Of a stretch of 64,000 nucleotides of DNA, positions 31,230 through 44,000 are shown one piece after another. The translations under genes and the position numbers were made by a program. The first letter of the stretch is position 1; every line of letters begins with the position of its first letter. The DNA lies in the NCBI GenBank assembly GCA_002633005.1, contig NMRA01000887.1:45142-109141 (forward strand). The letters are read 5' to 3'. Under the pieces are notes generated by a model. The model was not told the origin of the DNA. It saw only the letters and a program-made list of their open reading frames with translations, and searched no databases. The DNA comes from Phoronis australis. Its lineage: Eukaryota > Animalia > Phoronida.

Positions 31230-31981
31230 CATGCGTGCACCCAGCCTAAAATATAGGCTGTTGGGCTCGAATTTTTTCATGACAGCGTTTTCCCGTTCTG
31301 TGACGTAACCAGACGTAGGGGGTGGTGAGCGCGTGATAACATCTAGATTCTTTGTTAACTACCAAGCACAGCCTTTCATCTGTTATGACGACAGGCTAAT
31401 TATCTACGAGGCTTATTACAGATCACGTGTGAACACAGTCAAACCCAGTGTGAATTGGTGTATTCGGAAGAATAGATTGTCGTAACTTCGGTTGCAGTTG
31501 GGCGATTTTGGCGATTCAAAAACTAAACATGATCAGCATTTGACCAAGGTTTCAGAAATGCTATTGGTTTATGTTCAAATATGTTGTGACTTAACTTTTA
31601 TTTTTAACAGTACAGCCCAGTCAGGGCAGATACGATCGTATTGGATATTAGAGCAATTATCGAACAAAAGAGAGCTGGCCCTCCTACCATAAACGTCAGA
31701 ATGGAGTTAATCAGTCCTGTAAGATATTGGCGACACTGGGTAAACTTCCCAACTAGTTGTTGGGCTTTAGAATCGAACAAGTTGGAAGCAACAGGAAAAC
31801 GCCGTAATGTGATAATGTGGACCTTTTACTAACAAACAACGGACTAAAAACGGGATACCACGTTCAGAGCTCTGAATTGTGCATTCGCGCCTTTTGAGTG
31901 GACTTTTTTCTAGTTTTCTCGGAGTTTCTACTTCTCTTAGGCGGACCTTTTTGCCCACTTCACCCCCCGGGTGCGCGCATG
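31230..31981. mobile_element. Non-autonomous DNA transposon, CATGCG(T/C)GCACCC TIRs, 5-bp TSD
   Basis: Ends CATGCGTGCACCC / GGGTGCGCGCATG with AGAAA on both sides. Absent from the homologous intron in copies A and B. Related ends at ~35863-36010 and ~45467-45606. Confidence 0.7.
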
Positions 31982-32453
31982 AGAAAGAGCCTCCGTCATG
32001 CTATTCTTACGTCTCGTGCGTCCACATCTTTCGATGTATTTTGACAAGGGAAAACTTCAAGCACTCGGTCGTATAAAGTTCTGTCATAAGACTGTAGTTG
32101 ACTTTTTGTGGTCACGTGGTTGCGAACCGTCCATCTGGCGTTGCGGAGTATGACTTCACGTTGAAAAATGCGCGGGCGCCTTCGGCCTGAATTTAGTGGA
32201 GAGTGTAGTATTAGTAGTAATAACACGTCAGTCGATGGGAATAGCGGGCATTCTTATAGGTTGCATAAAACACTTAAATGTAAAAACAAAGACCCTTTTA
32301 GATAGGCGGGAACCCCGTCGTGTATCCCGCATATGTTCAAATAATACTGGACCTTGTTTTAGCCCATGAACACTTACCGAATAACATATCAATCTAAAAG
32401 AAACGGAATAACGTTCTGTTAACTTCGTCACTCGTCAAAAGTTTGGAGCAATA

Positions 32454-32664
32454 CAGTGGCAGATCTATGATTTCAGTAAGGGGGGGGTTTAGGATTCGAG
32501 AGAATCCGAGGCGCGTAGCGCCGAGGAGAAGGAAGGTCGCGAGAGGGTTTCCCTCCTCCCGTGTAAGATTTTTTGGGATTTTTTAGTAGCTAATTTCGTT
32601 TTTTGGCGATTTTTTTTCCAGTTTTTATTTTTGATCCTGTCCCGNCCCTGTAGATCCGCCTCTG
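32454..32664. mobile_element. MITE, CAGTGGC(G/A)GATCTA family, 5-bp TSD
   Basis: CAGTGGCAGATCTA...TAGATCCGCCTCTG flanked by CAATA (32449-32453, 32665-32669). Absent from the paralogous introns. Confidence 0.75.
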
Positions 32665-34454
32665 CAATATTGAAAGTCCATCTTATGTCTGCTAACCACG
32701 CAAGCGCCACTAACCCTTGATGTGTCATTGAAGTAGTGCGAGAGGTGAATACGGATCACATTATTGCATAGCCGTATTGCAGTCGATTGATTCAACGCGT
32801 ATGGGATCAGTAAATGATAATGTGTCAATTTAGCCGTGTGTTAAAAAGCGAGACATTTAGATGATGAGGTGGAATGGCGGAAAAATTAAAAAATGGGACA
32901 GTCCGCAAAGAGCGGGGCAATTTGGATGTCAACAACAGAAAGCTTTGGCCGTTTTTACAAGGTAAACTTTTCGTTTCTTTAACTTTATTTCACGGGCGTA
33001 GTCAAGTACTACAGATAAAGTAGGGAATATGTAAGTTCTTTCCGTAAAACAAATTAACACGAATTCGACACCCAAAAATGTCTCGCTGAAAAACTCCAGG
33101 TATACAAAACGGGACATTTTAAGTACAGTTTGGCAACGTTCCTCCTACAAGAATGGCCGAAAGACCCATATAGACTATTTCTTGGGGAGAAATCAGTTAT
33201 CTGACATGACAGCATCTGTAATCGCATTTCTAAAAGTGTTACCATGGCAGTTGATCATCCACCGGGTTCTCAAGGTTCCCATCAAGAGGTCGACACACTT
33301 CTTACCCTCCACTTAGCCAACTCAAATGGCAATGCATTGATCAGGGCTTATGACAGTCTTTATTGTAATCGTTTAGTGGCTGTTTGAAAGCGTTGTGATA
33401 ACTATTTCTAGTTCATTTTGATTAAAGAAAATATTTTAAAAAGCATTGTTTAGTAGTCAATATCATGAAAAGACTCTTTGGAAATCGTTTCCATGCTTCC
33501 TTGATAAAACACAAATTTAGGGGCCAGGTCTTTTTGCTGAAGCATCTTTCCTGTCTGCAATTTCTATAGCTCGTTATACTACACTAGCTGCAGTCCTAAT
33601 TATCACTCAATGGTTTTTGACACTTTTTGGTATTCTAAAGTTTTAGTATTATCAGGTATTTTCCAAAATGCTTATTTCCGCTATTATCCATTTGGCGCTC
33701 AGTGTAACCCTATAGTTTAATTTAAACAAGGAGAGAGTTCAGTGGACTCGAAAGTATTATGGAAATACAAGAATTCGCCAGTCGCCAACCGAAAATGGCC
33801 ACGAACTGCAAACTAAGTACGTGATCACAACACCTTCCTTATTGAAATTCTTGATTCTACGAAACTTTAACAAGATTTAACCGGGAACTTCATTATCAAA
33901 TATTTTGTCACGACGTGACTTTAATCAGACAATTCAGTAGAAAAAAAACAAGTTTAAAATAAACAATATTTAATGAAGCTTCAACAACTAATATGTATTA
34001 TAACTGGACCATTGTGGATGTGGTACCCAAACTAATATTATTGAGTCAGAGTCCAGCTTATCATTTCACACAGTTCGTGCACAGTGCACTTGTGGTCAGT
34101 GCCTTCCTGTTAGCATCCGTCTTTGAACACCTTCATCTTGCGGTCCCCTGACTTTGTCCGCTGAATTTCACTGTCGGCACAAACGTTCCACTGCGTCTAA
34201 ACAGCTTCTAGACACGTCTACGCTTTATCACGGCTGGCCCTCGACTGCCGCACGGCCCAGGTCGAACATTTGAATGCACTCGGCCAACACAACAGTTCAT
34301 TTACATATAAATGTCCCGACAACAATCACTGAAAACTGACGCCGCCCACGTAACAGACTGTGTTCACAATTGTCTGTTCGTTACATATATCACAGTTTCA
34401 ACAGAATTAAGTGGTTGAGACTTCTGGGTCTGGCGCGCACAACCCGGAGTAGTG

Positions 34455-35275
34455 GCTTTTGTCACAGGCCATTTAATAACAAGTAACTTCTATTTTAATC
34501 ATATGGGATCTTTTATTGTGGTACCTCGAACGTATGAGCTGGTTCCTTCATGGGCGTCGTCGAACACTTTCCAGAGGACAATATTAGCCTGTCATGTGTC
34601 GTTCGGTGTTCGAAGCGGTTCTATTGCTCGTTTTAAATCAGTTTTAGCTGGTACCTAGAATATCTAGTCTACCTCGAATTTTCAATGGCACACGGTGACT
34701 GACAATTTGGGGGGTGGTTCTGGCGGGCAGTACCAAGAGTGCATTTTGTCTGCCATGGGCATTAAGTGACCAGTGACATGAATTAGATCACGTGAAATTG
34801 ATTTTTGTGGTACTTCCAACGTATGAGCAAGCTTATTTTGGGGGATTGTTTTTGGATTTCTGGTGGACCCTTACCAGAATGCAATTTGTTTTGTCATGGG
34901 TCATTCGGTGTTCACTGCGGTACTGTTTTTTTAAATCAGTTTTAGTTGGTACCTCGAATGTCTAATTTAGCTCACATCTTCAAGGGCATACAGTGGTTGA
35001 CATTTTGGGGGTTTTCTGGCGGGCACAACTCAGAGTGTATTTTGTCTGTCATGAGGCATTTAGTGACCTGATATACATGTATGTTGAATCATATGAAATT
35101 GTTTTTTGTAGTACTTCGAATGTATGAGCTGGGGTTCCTTCTTGGGTTTCTGGCGGACCCTTTCCAGAGAGCAATTTGTCTGTCATGTGTCATTTGGCGT
35201 TCAGTGCGGTACTAGTGTCCGTTTTAAATCGGTTTTGGTCGGTACCTAGAATATCTAATGTAGCTCATTTTTGGT
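34455..35275. repeat. Diverged tandem repeat, ~290-bp unit, about 3 copies
   Basis: Recurring blocks GTAC(C/T)TC(G/C)AA(C/T)GTATGAGC, TGTCATG...TTC..GCGGT and TTTTAAATC(A/G)GTTTT..GGTACCT at ~290-300-bp spacing. Confidence 0.8.
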
Positions 35276-36539
35276 CCCTTGTAAGGTTCCCACGTGTCAC
35301 ATCCAGAGTGCAGACAACGGCAGACATCCATTTCTGTACATAGTGAGGTGGACTGTAAGTTCCCCTATGGTCAGATGTTGGTACCTCGTTCATCTATGCT
35401 AAGTGTTCTGGGCTGCCGGTCTAAATTCATTTTATTTCAAGAGAAAACAAGACGACGTTCATGGCACTCAAAAGTGTGAAACGGTGTGAAAGAGAGAGCT
35501 TAGATTTCAAATCCCTGTGAAAAAGTGATGTAACTTCAAAGAAAATGGTGTTTGTAAAATAGTCGCTCACCTTCAATGATACATTACTTATATTTCTCAC
35601 ATGACCTGGAATGTGTTACGACACGACTGGTTAGTAACACCGAGCATGTAATTTAATGATATTACATGGGCAAATCACAAAGTAGTACATAGTAGAAATC
35701 CATACGCTTTACATTTTATCGTCTGCAAAACACTAAAACAACCAAACGCGCACCAACCAACAATGCCGGAATTCCAAGATGAGTAGGTTATGACTGACAA
35801 ATCGGGTGTCGCAACTGTACGTACTCTCAGCCATAAGGACATGCAAACAACTTCTTTAAAAAGCATGCGCTCACCCACCCTAAAATATAGGGAGCTCGAA
35901 TTTTGAGGTATGTGGACACCCAAAAAATGGGGGGTTCATTCGATCCCCCCCAAGCAAGACGCCCCCCCCCCCCNNNNNNNNNNNNNNNCCCCCCCCCCCG
36001 TGCACGCATGTAAAGGGACCCATCTCTGGCGGCGTATTCACGTTCATTCGAACGGAGACGAGCCCCAACTCAAGAAACGCCACGAGACTGCCTACCTGTG
36101 CTGTCTCAAGGTCAATTCAGTGCTCGCGCGCTGGAAAGCCTTCACGCGGCTGGCTGTTCTTTATCAATATTTTTTTAACTTTTAATGTTACAACTTCAAA
36201 TACTATTTATTAGATTCTAACTTGAATATTTGCTACTAAAGCTGAATGCAATTAACTACAATTGTTAAACTTAAAATATACCTTTTAACAAAAAGTCACT
36301 AAATAACTTTACGTGTTTTTACAAAAGTTGCGTCGTGTGGTTGAAAGTTTTACACACATCGAGTTTTTCAGCAAAAAGCTCGTTTTACGGTTCATGTGAG
36401 AAAACAAATCAAGCCTCGGGATTTTGAAGAAATTTCCAAGAGGCTTTGCGCATGTCATAAACCTGAGACAAGTGTAGGATTCTCTATTAACACCTTATTA
36501 TTTGACATAGGCAAACAATTGAATTTCGGGCCTCAATAG

Positions 36540-36680
36540 CGAGGCCTTCCATATTAACATAGGTGCCTCGCCGAAAGGCGGTCGAACAGTGGGGCCCTTA
36601 TATTAATATAGAGGGTGTCGCCGAAAGGCGGCCGGACAGGGGGCCCTTTTATATTAATATGGAAGGCCCCGCCGGAAGGT
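36540..36680. repeat. Short tandem repeat (~52-bp unit, x3) with CGCCGAAAGGCG hairpins
   Basis: ATATTAA(C/T)AT...CGCCG(A/G)AAGG repeated three times. Confidence 0.65.
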
Positions 36681-36759
36681 GACTGACGAGCGACACTTCA
36701 CATGAAAAAATTCACGTCATTACAGCTTCCCGTTGTGGCACCTCAGCCCTATTGAAAAA

Positions 36760-37870
36760 TGATGAAAATGCATCAGAGCTGCCATTTTGAAAACAACTTC
36801 CAGTTAGGCAGCACTAGACAATAGCATTGTACTAAATTATCAGACGAAAAATTTCGAAGCAATTGGGCACCGCAAACGGCATACTTCTCACGATGTCTAT
36901 TTGTATCATAAAAATGGCCACCAGATGGCTCAAAATATGTCAAGTCCATCCGAAAACAGAAACATATCATCGTTTCTTTAATAGGAAGTAATTACCAATT
37001 TCGACAAAAATCTGTCAAGAACTTCAGAGAAACAAAGGTAGACCGGAAAATGGAATGGCCTCTAGGGGGCAATGCACCTGAAAGTTGTCAACGTCTGTTC
37101 TCCACATGATATGAATACACTTGCTAAATTTAATAAAGATCCTGCAGTAGGTTTAGGACATACAGCTACAGGCGCAAAAAGCTGCTGCTAGGAGGCGCCA
37201 CAGTAGTCAGTCGTCATCGTCAACCGTACTCTTCATACTGAGAACAGACATTCCAATTTTCACATTGATAGAGGAGCAGATGCCAAAAAACCGATTGGAA
37301 AAACATAAATGGCCACTGGGTGACACAAAACGCCTCAAATAATTCCGAAAACAGGGAGATAGTGTCATGTCATCAATAAACTACCACTAGGAGGTGCCAC
37401 AGTAGCCAGAGTAATCAGAAAATCATCGTCAGGCTTTTTCTTAATAGTAAGAACATACATGTCAATTTTTACAATCATCTTCAAGAGCGGGTTGGTTGAT
37501 AGAGAGGCGGATGCCAAAAAACAGACTCAAAAACAGTAAAAATTGTCATTAGGTGGCGCAAAATACCTTGAATCCTTCCCAAACCAGGCATATAGCGTCA
37601 TCCCACTAACAGATGCCTATGTGCCAAGATACAGAGATAAATGTAAAAAATAAATTGCCACTAGGGGGCACGCCAGCAATCAGATCCGTCCGAAATTCGT
37701 CGTCTTCTGTCGCCATCTTCATATGAACCCATCTGCCAAATTTCATGAAGACACTTTGAGGTTCAGAAGATACAGCTGTGGACGTCGGACGCTCAGACAG
37801 AGACGAAGGCAATGTACACCCACATATAAGTATGTGGGCGCATAGAAATGCGGCCTCTATGAGCATTAGA
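36760..37870. repeat. Unclassified interspersed repeat with internal (G)CCACTAGG(G/A)GGC motifs
   Basis: Repeated CCAC(T/C)AG(G/A)(G/T)GGC, AATTTCA and AAATGGCC blocks ending in a CAGACAGA-like tail. Confidence 0.4.
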
Positions 37871-38015
37871 CTCTTACTTCGAAAACAAAATAGCCAACAC
37901 GTCCGCCATCTTGAATCTGATCATGATGAACGACAATGGGCTTCTAGCACTTCAATGATACATTAGTTATATTACAGTAAAGTAATTGTCTGACAGCAAT
38001 CAGCTAAGTCTGAGT

Positions 38016-41000
38016 CTAGCAAAATCGACAGCTCTTGGGACAATTCTGAATCATAGAGTCTCTTGAAAAGAAACATTGGCCAGTGCTCGCCCAGTACAAA
38101 CATAGAGGGTGTCTGTCAGAACAGGAACCTGAAACAACAGAGTACAAAGTGTACTGTCCGTGTTTTAATGTCACCAGTGAGCTGAAATGGTTTGTTAAAT
38201 AACAATGCAAATTAGTCGCTGTTCTCAACGACAGTTCTCCTAAAACTAAAGCGAAACTGTGAAATGCACATTCTTTCATTACAGCTTAGATACTTTTTCA
38301 AGACATTAATATTGCCTGATCATGAAAATCTGAATGACCAAACAAAGCTGGTTCATTTTCTGTGTTTCAAAATTGGTACTAAGCTTTCAGTTTCAAACTT
38401 GCAACTTTGTGCCATTCAGGCAAAACCAGGTCTGCGTGTTGCACTTGCACCCAGAAATCTTTGTTCATGGGACAAAGACAATGAATTGTATCCCAAAATT
38501 CATGAATTATATCCTATAATTCTATATTCCAACGGCCGCACCGCGCAATCCCTTCAGTGGTCACCATTTTGTTAGGTTACACTAGTAAGGTATCAAGCAT
38601 GAAACGCACGCTTGCTTCTCACGTGATTTTGCGCCGTCTGCTAAAGCTTGTTTTGACCATATTCTTGGGCTTGCGGAACTCATCCTTGTTCTACGAGCCA
38701 TGTACAGGGGACATGCATGTGAATTTAGTTGATGTGAGGGAAGTAATTAGTCCGGTAGCAATTGCTGCAAATCAAAACCGTCACGTTCACAGCATGCAAA
38801 ATAGAGACTTTTCATATCAGCGCTCGCTAGAGTAATGAGAGACTGTACGAAAATGACTTTCGGTTGATCCCGACACAAATTTGGCGGACAGAAATCCCTT
38901 TTACTATTCAGTAGTTCACACCTTTAAAAGTAAAGGAATAAATTGCGCTGTCAGCCCTCCCATTGTTTGAATAGTTTAAGTTCACTAATTTATTTTAGCT
39001 TGACTTCTTGACACCTGCTGGGATCAAATTTCTCCCGCCGTTATCAGCGGCAGCTACTGAGTACTGACATTGTCGCGGATACATCGTCACAGTGGGAAAT
39101 GCATGCGACGTCTTTGCTCATCAATTTAAATTTCAAAAGATAAATTCCACCGCACAGCAATCGAAATACCGGCACTATAAAAGCAGGGAAAGGGTTAAAA
39201 CGCTGTTCATGCCAGTATATAGGAACCACCCGCACGGATTACATGGGATCTGCAGGTGGCGCTAAACGCCTGTTCACCAAAGATCTGATCGCCCTCCGGC
39301 GGGTTAGTGATATTTCAATATTCGAAAGTCAGCTATTACCTCCACACAGCCCGCAACTTCTTTTACAGTTGGTCCTCATATAGATGACGCTTATCTGACA
39401 TTCACCTCTACTTGCCCAATAGGAACAGTGCTCGCTTTCGTCAGTGCAAGAACCTGAAAGTAACAAAGAGTGTCCGAACCTTCTAAACGTTAACATTTGC
39501 AGATAGACAGTTATGACATCATTCTCAGAATATTATCTGGACTGTGCGGACACGCCTAATCGCAAATGAAGCGGTGATCTCGCTAGCTTTCACCCGTCAG
39601 TGCTTTGCGTAACGCAGACTGATTAAAAAAGTAAAAATGTCGGCATTTTCCAAAGTATTTCAAAAACAATATTTCCTTTGAAGATCTTTATTAATAAAAC
39701 ATTATAGATGGCCAAGGGTGAGCTGTTCTTTCGAAATTATCTGTTTTGATAAGATGGTCAGGGCTACAGTCTTGATCATGCGCAGTGTACATCTACAAAT
39801 TTAACGAATGAAGGTTCTCGAATTGTATGTTCTGACAGTTGGAATAGATTTGTGCGATTAAAGTGGAACGCAAGTTACACTAATAGACCGTGGCAGACCA
39901 CTACTGGAATGAACCTGAATTCAAATTAACTGACCGTTCCAGGACTCCCAGCCCACCCTGGTGTTTCCCGTCCCCATACTTTCCGGTTGCGCATCAAGTA
40001 CATGCATCTGCGCGAATCCCATTGCCCACAAATCCCACACTTTGAATTGCGGATTTGAAAACTTCTGCAATTTAGAATTACCGACAGTTCACTCGTCTGA
40101 AAATTCCACATGCAACTTCAAAACTTGAGAAGAGATACATGTACTTATTGTCCGTTCCCAAATCAGACGCCAAAATCAGGAGCTTTTTTACGGAAAGTGG
40201 GTTCGTAGCAGCTTTAGGGCCTACTGTAGTCAGTGATACCACTAAAAGAGTAATTTGCTCTTGTTAGAAGTGCGCACGGCCACGCAGAATCACGAAAGAT
40301 GAAAGTTTCCCGAATATGTTCGAAACCTTACTAGTGTAAAGCAAAATGGCAGTCATTGAAGCGAGTGGATTATGATTATAGAACTTTAAATTAGGAATAG
40401 ATTTCATAGTTTCTTTTTCACGAGGGACGAAAGCCGCGGTTCAAACCTTTGTAGCACCCTCCTACATTGTACTTCCTCACGGCTAGTATAAAATTGGTCG
40501 AAACTTGCCCTTACTCAGATGACAAAGCAGTCTCGGTCTTAAAGTCATTATTGGTAGAGTTCATGCTCGATGATCAAACTGGTTGTTGAGGTGGTGGGTC
40601 GAAGCAACAAGGAGCACTCAATTCTTCCTAAGCCAAAAAAATTGCGTCTATTATGGCTAAAGAATAAGTTGAGACCAATTTCATAACGGTCAGTGGTCTA
40701 AATCAGAAGTTGAATTGTGTGACGAAAGGCGGATTTATCAGTAACAGCTTTGTCTTACCAATTGTTCCGGTTACTGTCCCGGTCCAGCCTTGGCAGTTCG
40801 TTCTAAAGCTTGCGTATGCTTCAATTTCTAAAAAATACAAAAATGTCGAGCTATAGCGTTCAAGTCATTTCTTAAAGTCGCCAGAATCGTGAACGATGAT
40901 AAAGTTTGAAGCAACAGGTTGAAAGACTTGAAAGTTAACGAACTGATTAGCCTACATATCGGCGTAGTCCCAGTGAGATATGAAGTGATGACGATAACAT

Positions 41001-44000
41001 TTTAAAATTTTCATTTAAGATTTGTTGAAGATTTCATATTTCACATAGTTTTGACATTTATACACAATGCTTGCTCTGTCGCGTAATTTAACAGCTTGTT
41101 CAACTCTCACAAGCAGGTTTAAGCAACATGCGTGCGTATCATGGATGAAAGACCCTCTCGGGTAAAACTTCGAGATTTCAAGTTCAGACTTGATGTCGTC
41201 AAATGCACTGCAGTAGGGTTCCACAATCCTTTATGAGCGTCATTATACTCGAGCAAACAACTAGACAATTGTTTTAAGTTGGTTTTCACTAAGTAGAGGT
41301 GGCAATGCCAAAGATATTTTAGAGTTATATTTCGAGTGAAAATGATTGCACTCTGTACCTATGTTCGTAAGGCTAATTTCTATCAAGTGTTCCGTGATCC
41401 GCAAATTTTCGCGTTGCCAGCGGAGCTCGCGATCACCCTTGCTTTCACTAGCGTGTATGTTGTTTACAGAAAAGACCCCCCCCCNCCCCCGTCAGGCTCT
41501 ACATGTACTTACGCCTCGTGCTTCCACATCGTTTGATGTAAGTATTTTGACAAGGGAAAACCTCAAGCACTAAATTGTATAACGTTCTGTCATAAGACTG
41601 CAGTTGACTTCTTGTGGTCACGTGGTTGCGTACTCCATTTGGTATTGCGGAGTATGGCTTCACGTTGAAAAAAGCGCGGGCGCCTTCGGCCTGAATATAG
41701 TGGAGAGTGTAGTATTAGAAGTAATAACACAGAGGTCGACGTGAATAACGGGCATTCTTGTAGGTTGTATCAAACGCATACATGTAGAAACAAAGACCCT
41801 TTTAGATACGTTGAAACTTTTTATGTACCCTGCAAGATAAAAGCATACTGCCGGCGGGCCTCTTTTTGAAGATGAATATATATTTAATAACATATAGATC
41901 TTTGAAACAGAATAACGTCCTGTTAACCTCATCACTCGTCAAAAACTTGGAGCAGCATTGAAGCTTCACCCTATGTCTGCTACACAAGAGCGACTAACCC
42001 TTAATGTATCACTGAAACAGGTTATTAGGGGCGGATCCAGGATTTTGAGTTAGGAGGGCCAGGGCAGAGTATTAACCAGAATTTTGCTGATCAGGCATTT
42101 GCATCACCGAACTCCCAAATGGAATCTGGGCGAGTTTGGGGCTATGGTCCCTTTGCCCTCCTACCCCTAAATCCGCCACTGGGTATAGTACCCTTTCCAG
42201 TAAACAGTGCCTTTCTACGAACACAGCATGGGTAAGAGCGCTTTTGCGAGTGTAGATGAGCTTTATTCAGTGTAGCAACTCTGTAAGATATCTCTTTTCC
42301 TTTACAAGGTAACGAATTATTTGTAATGATCTAAGACAATTTTTTGTGATGGAACGTGGCTTCAAAGCTGCCTTCAGGTTATGTGGGAACTTCTCGACAA
42401 GTCATTGTATTCAGACAAGTATCTACAAAACTCTAGAATTTAATTCAACAAATGTATATGAAACTTCCTGCCTGAATGTAGCAAGACTCGTCCAGTCTGA
42501 TTTTTTACTATTATACCAATCTGACTTTGATTGGGTGATATGACGCCTTATTTTTATTATATATACATTTAACAAACAACATATCGAAACAACAACATCA
42601 AAAACATCACCAAATTTTGTTTAACATATAAAGTCCAGATGAATACCCAGAACATTGTAACAGTTTTCTAAATCATCATCTTGTTTTTGTTTTATGCAAC
42701 TTTTGAGTTATTTACAAAATTATAAATCTCTAATACTTTGATATCCCTTCTTGAAAAGTGTATGCTTAAAAAACAATTCTTTGAAGCGTTTTCGGAAAAT
42801 AGTTTTATAACATAGTATTGCAACTTTTCGCATGAACCTGATGAAGTAATGGTGTTCTGGACATTATTCTAGTGTCCTACATAACTGTAATTCCGGTATA
42901 AAACCAATGCCACTGCATGCTCATCGTGGGAAACTGAACGGAATTCACTTACGAAGTACTCATGAATCGTGCTCATAGAGTAAGTATTTGCCCAAAGTCC
43001 ACGACTCCTGGCGCTGTTGTAGGCATGAGTTAGCCGTTGGCGATAACCGCGTATGGCGAAGGTGGCACCCAGGATTTCAACACCATGTGCAAACTCATGG
43101 ATGGCGATATCCTCGTCGCTGCAATGCAAAATAATTACAAGTTTTATTTCAACAGTCTGTATGTGTTGAGGCAGATGTGTTTCATCTAACTGCAAAAGGT
43201 GCCCCCATCATCGCTGGCCAATACGCTGTTTGATCTAAATTGGGTACGGTGTCATTAAAACTAATTCATAAGTAGGAAGATACCATGTAAATCTATTTTG
43301 CCAGTGTGGCAAAGAATGCGTAAATTGTTTTGCAACAAGATAATCGACTAAAAGCGGGCGAGCACTACATTGCGAATTATTTTAGCAACCCTGTTCAACG
43401 ATTAGCTGAGATGCAGTTAAAAGCTGGACAGCGTAATATTTTTCAATTTTAGAAGCCGGGCAGAAATTGGTGAAAGTATGCCAGGCAATGCTTTTCATGG
43501 AAGGTGATCTTTAACTGCCACGGTTTAAGCCTGTTGAAACAAATGGAACTCTGCACAATGAGCCTATTCGACAATCTTTACATTACTAGAGGGCGCGCGT
43601 TTACTAGTGGTGATAGATTAAGCAGCCTCGATTTCGCGAGCCCTTTAAATACAAGGTTAAATGGCTTGCAGTCGGGCCAACTGAATCTGAGATCGCATCA
43701 AAAGGAAGATTCTACGAGGGGAAGTAAGCATGACATACAAAGGTAAGGTGGTTTGTGATTATTTTAACGATTATTCCATGTTTCCAATACTGATACCTGT
43801 TAATTGAGGTACTAGCCGATGTCGACATCGCGGCAGTCGCCAGTCCGGTTAATCATTGTTTGTTGTGATGACTGATGTGTGTTACGATACTTAACATAGC
43901 ACTCGGAATCTTTTCATATATCAAAGCAGTATTATTATTGTTTGGAATGATTTCTAACAGGTTTGTCGGTCACAGTTACATCAATTAATGCTGAATGTTT

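Larger units (their letters stand above)
30890..32730 (-). pseudogene. Orphan third partial copy of the peptidase gene (one frameshifted exon plus flanking introns)
   Basis: Homologous to ~10762-11705. Exon 32186-32011 (AEGARAFFNVKSYSATPDG...) has +2 and -4 indels relative to the 178-bp intact exons. Confidence 0.85.

Noticed and set aside
36540-36680. Hammerhead ribozyme or CRISPR-like array (GCCGAAAGGC hairpins)
   Set aside because: No CTGANGA core. The spacers are similar to each other and the context is eukaryotic, so it is an ordinary tandem repeat.
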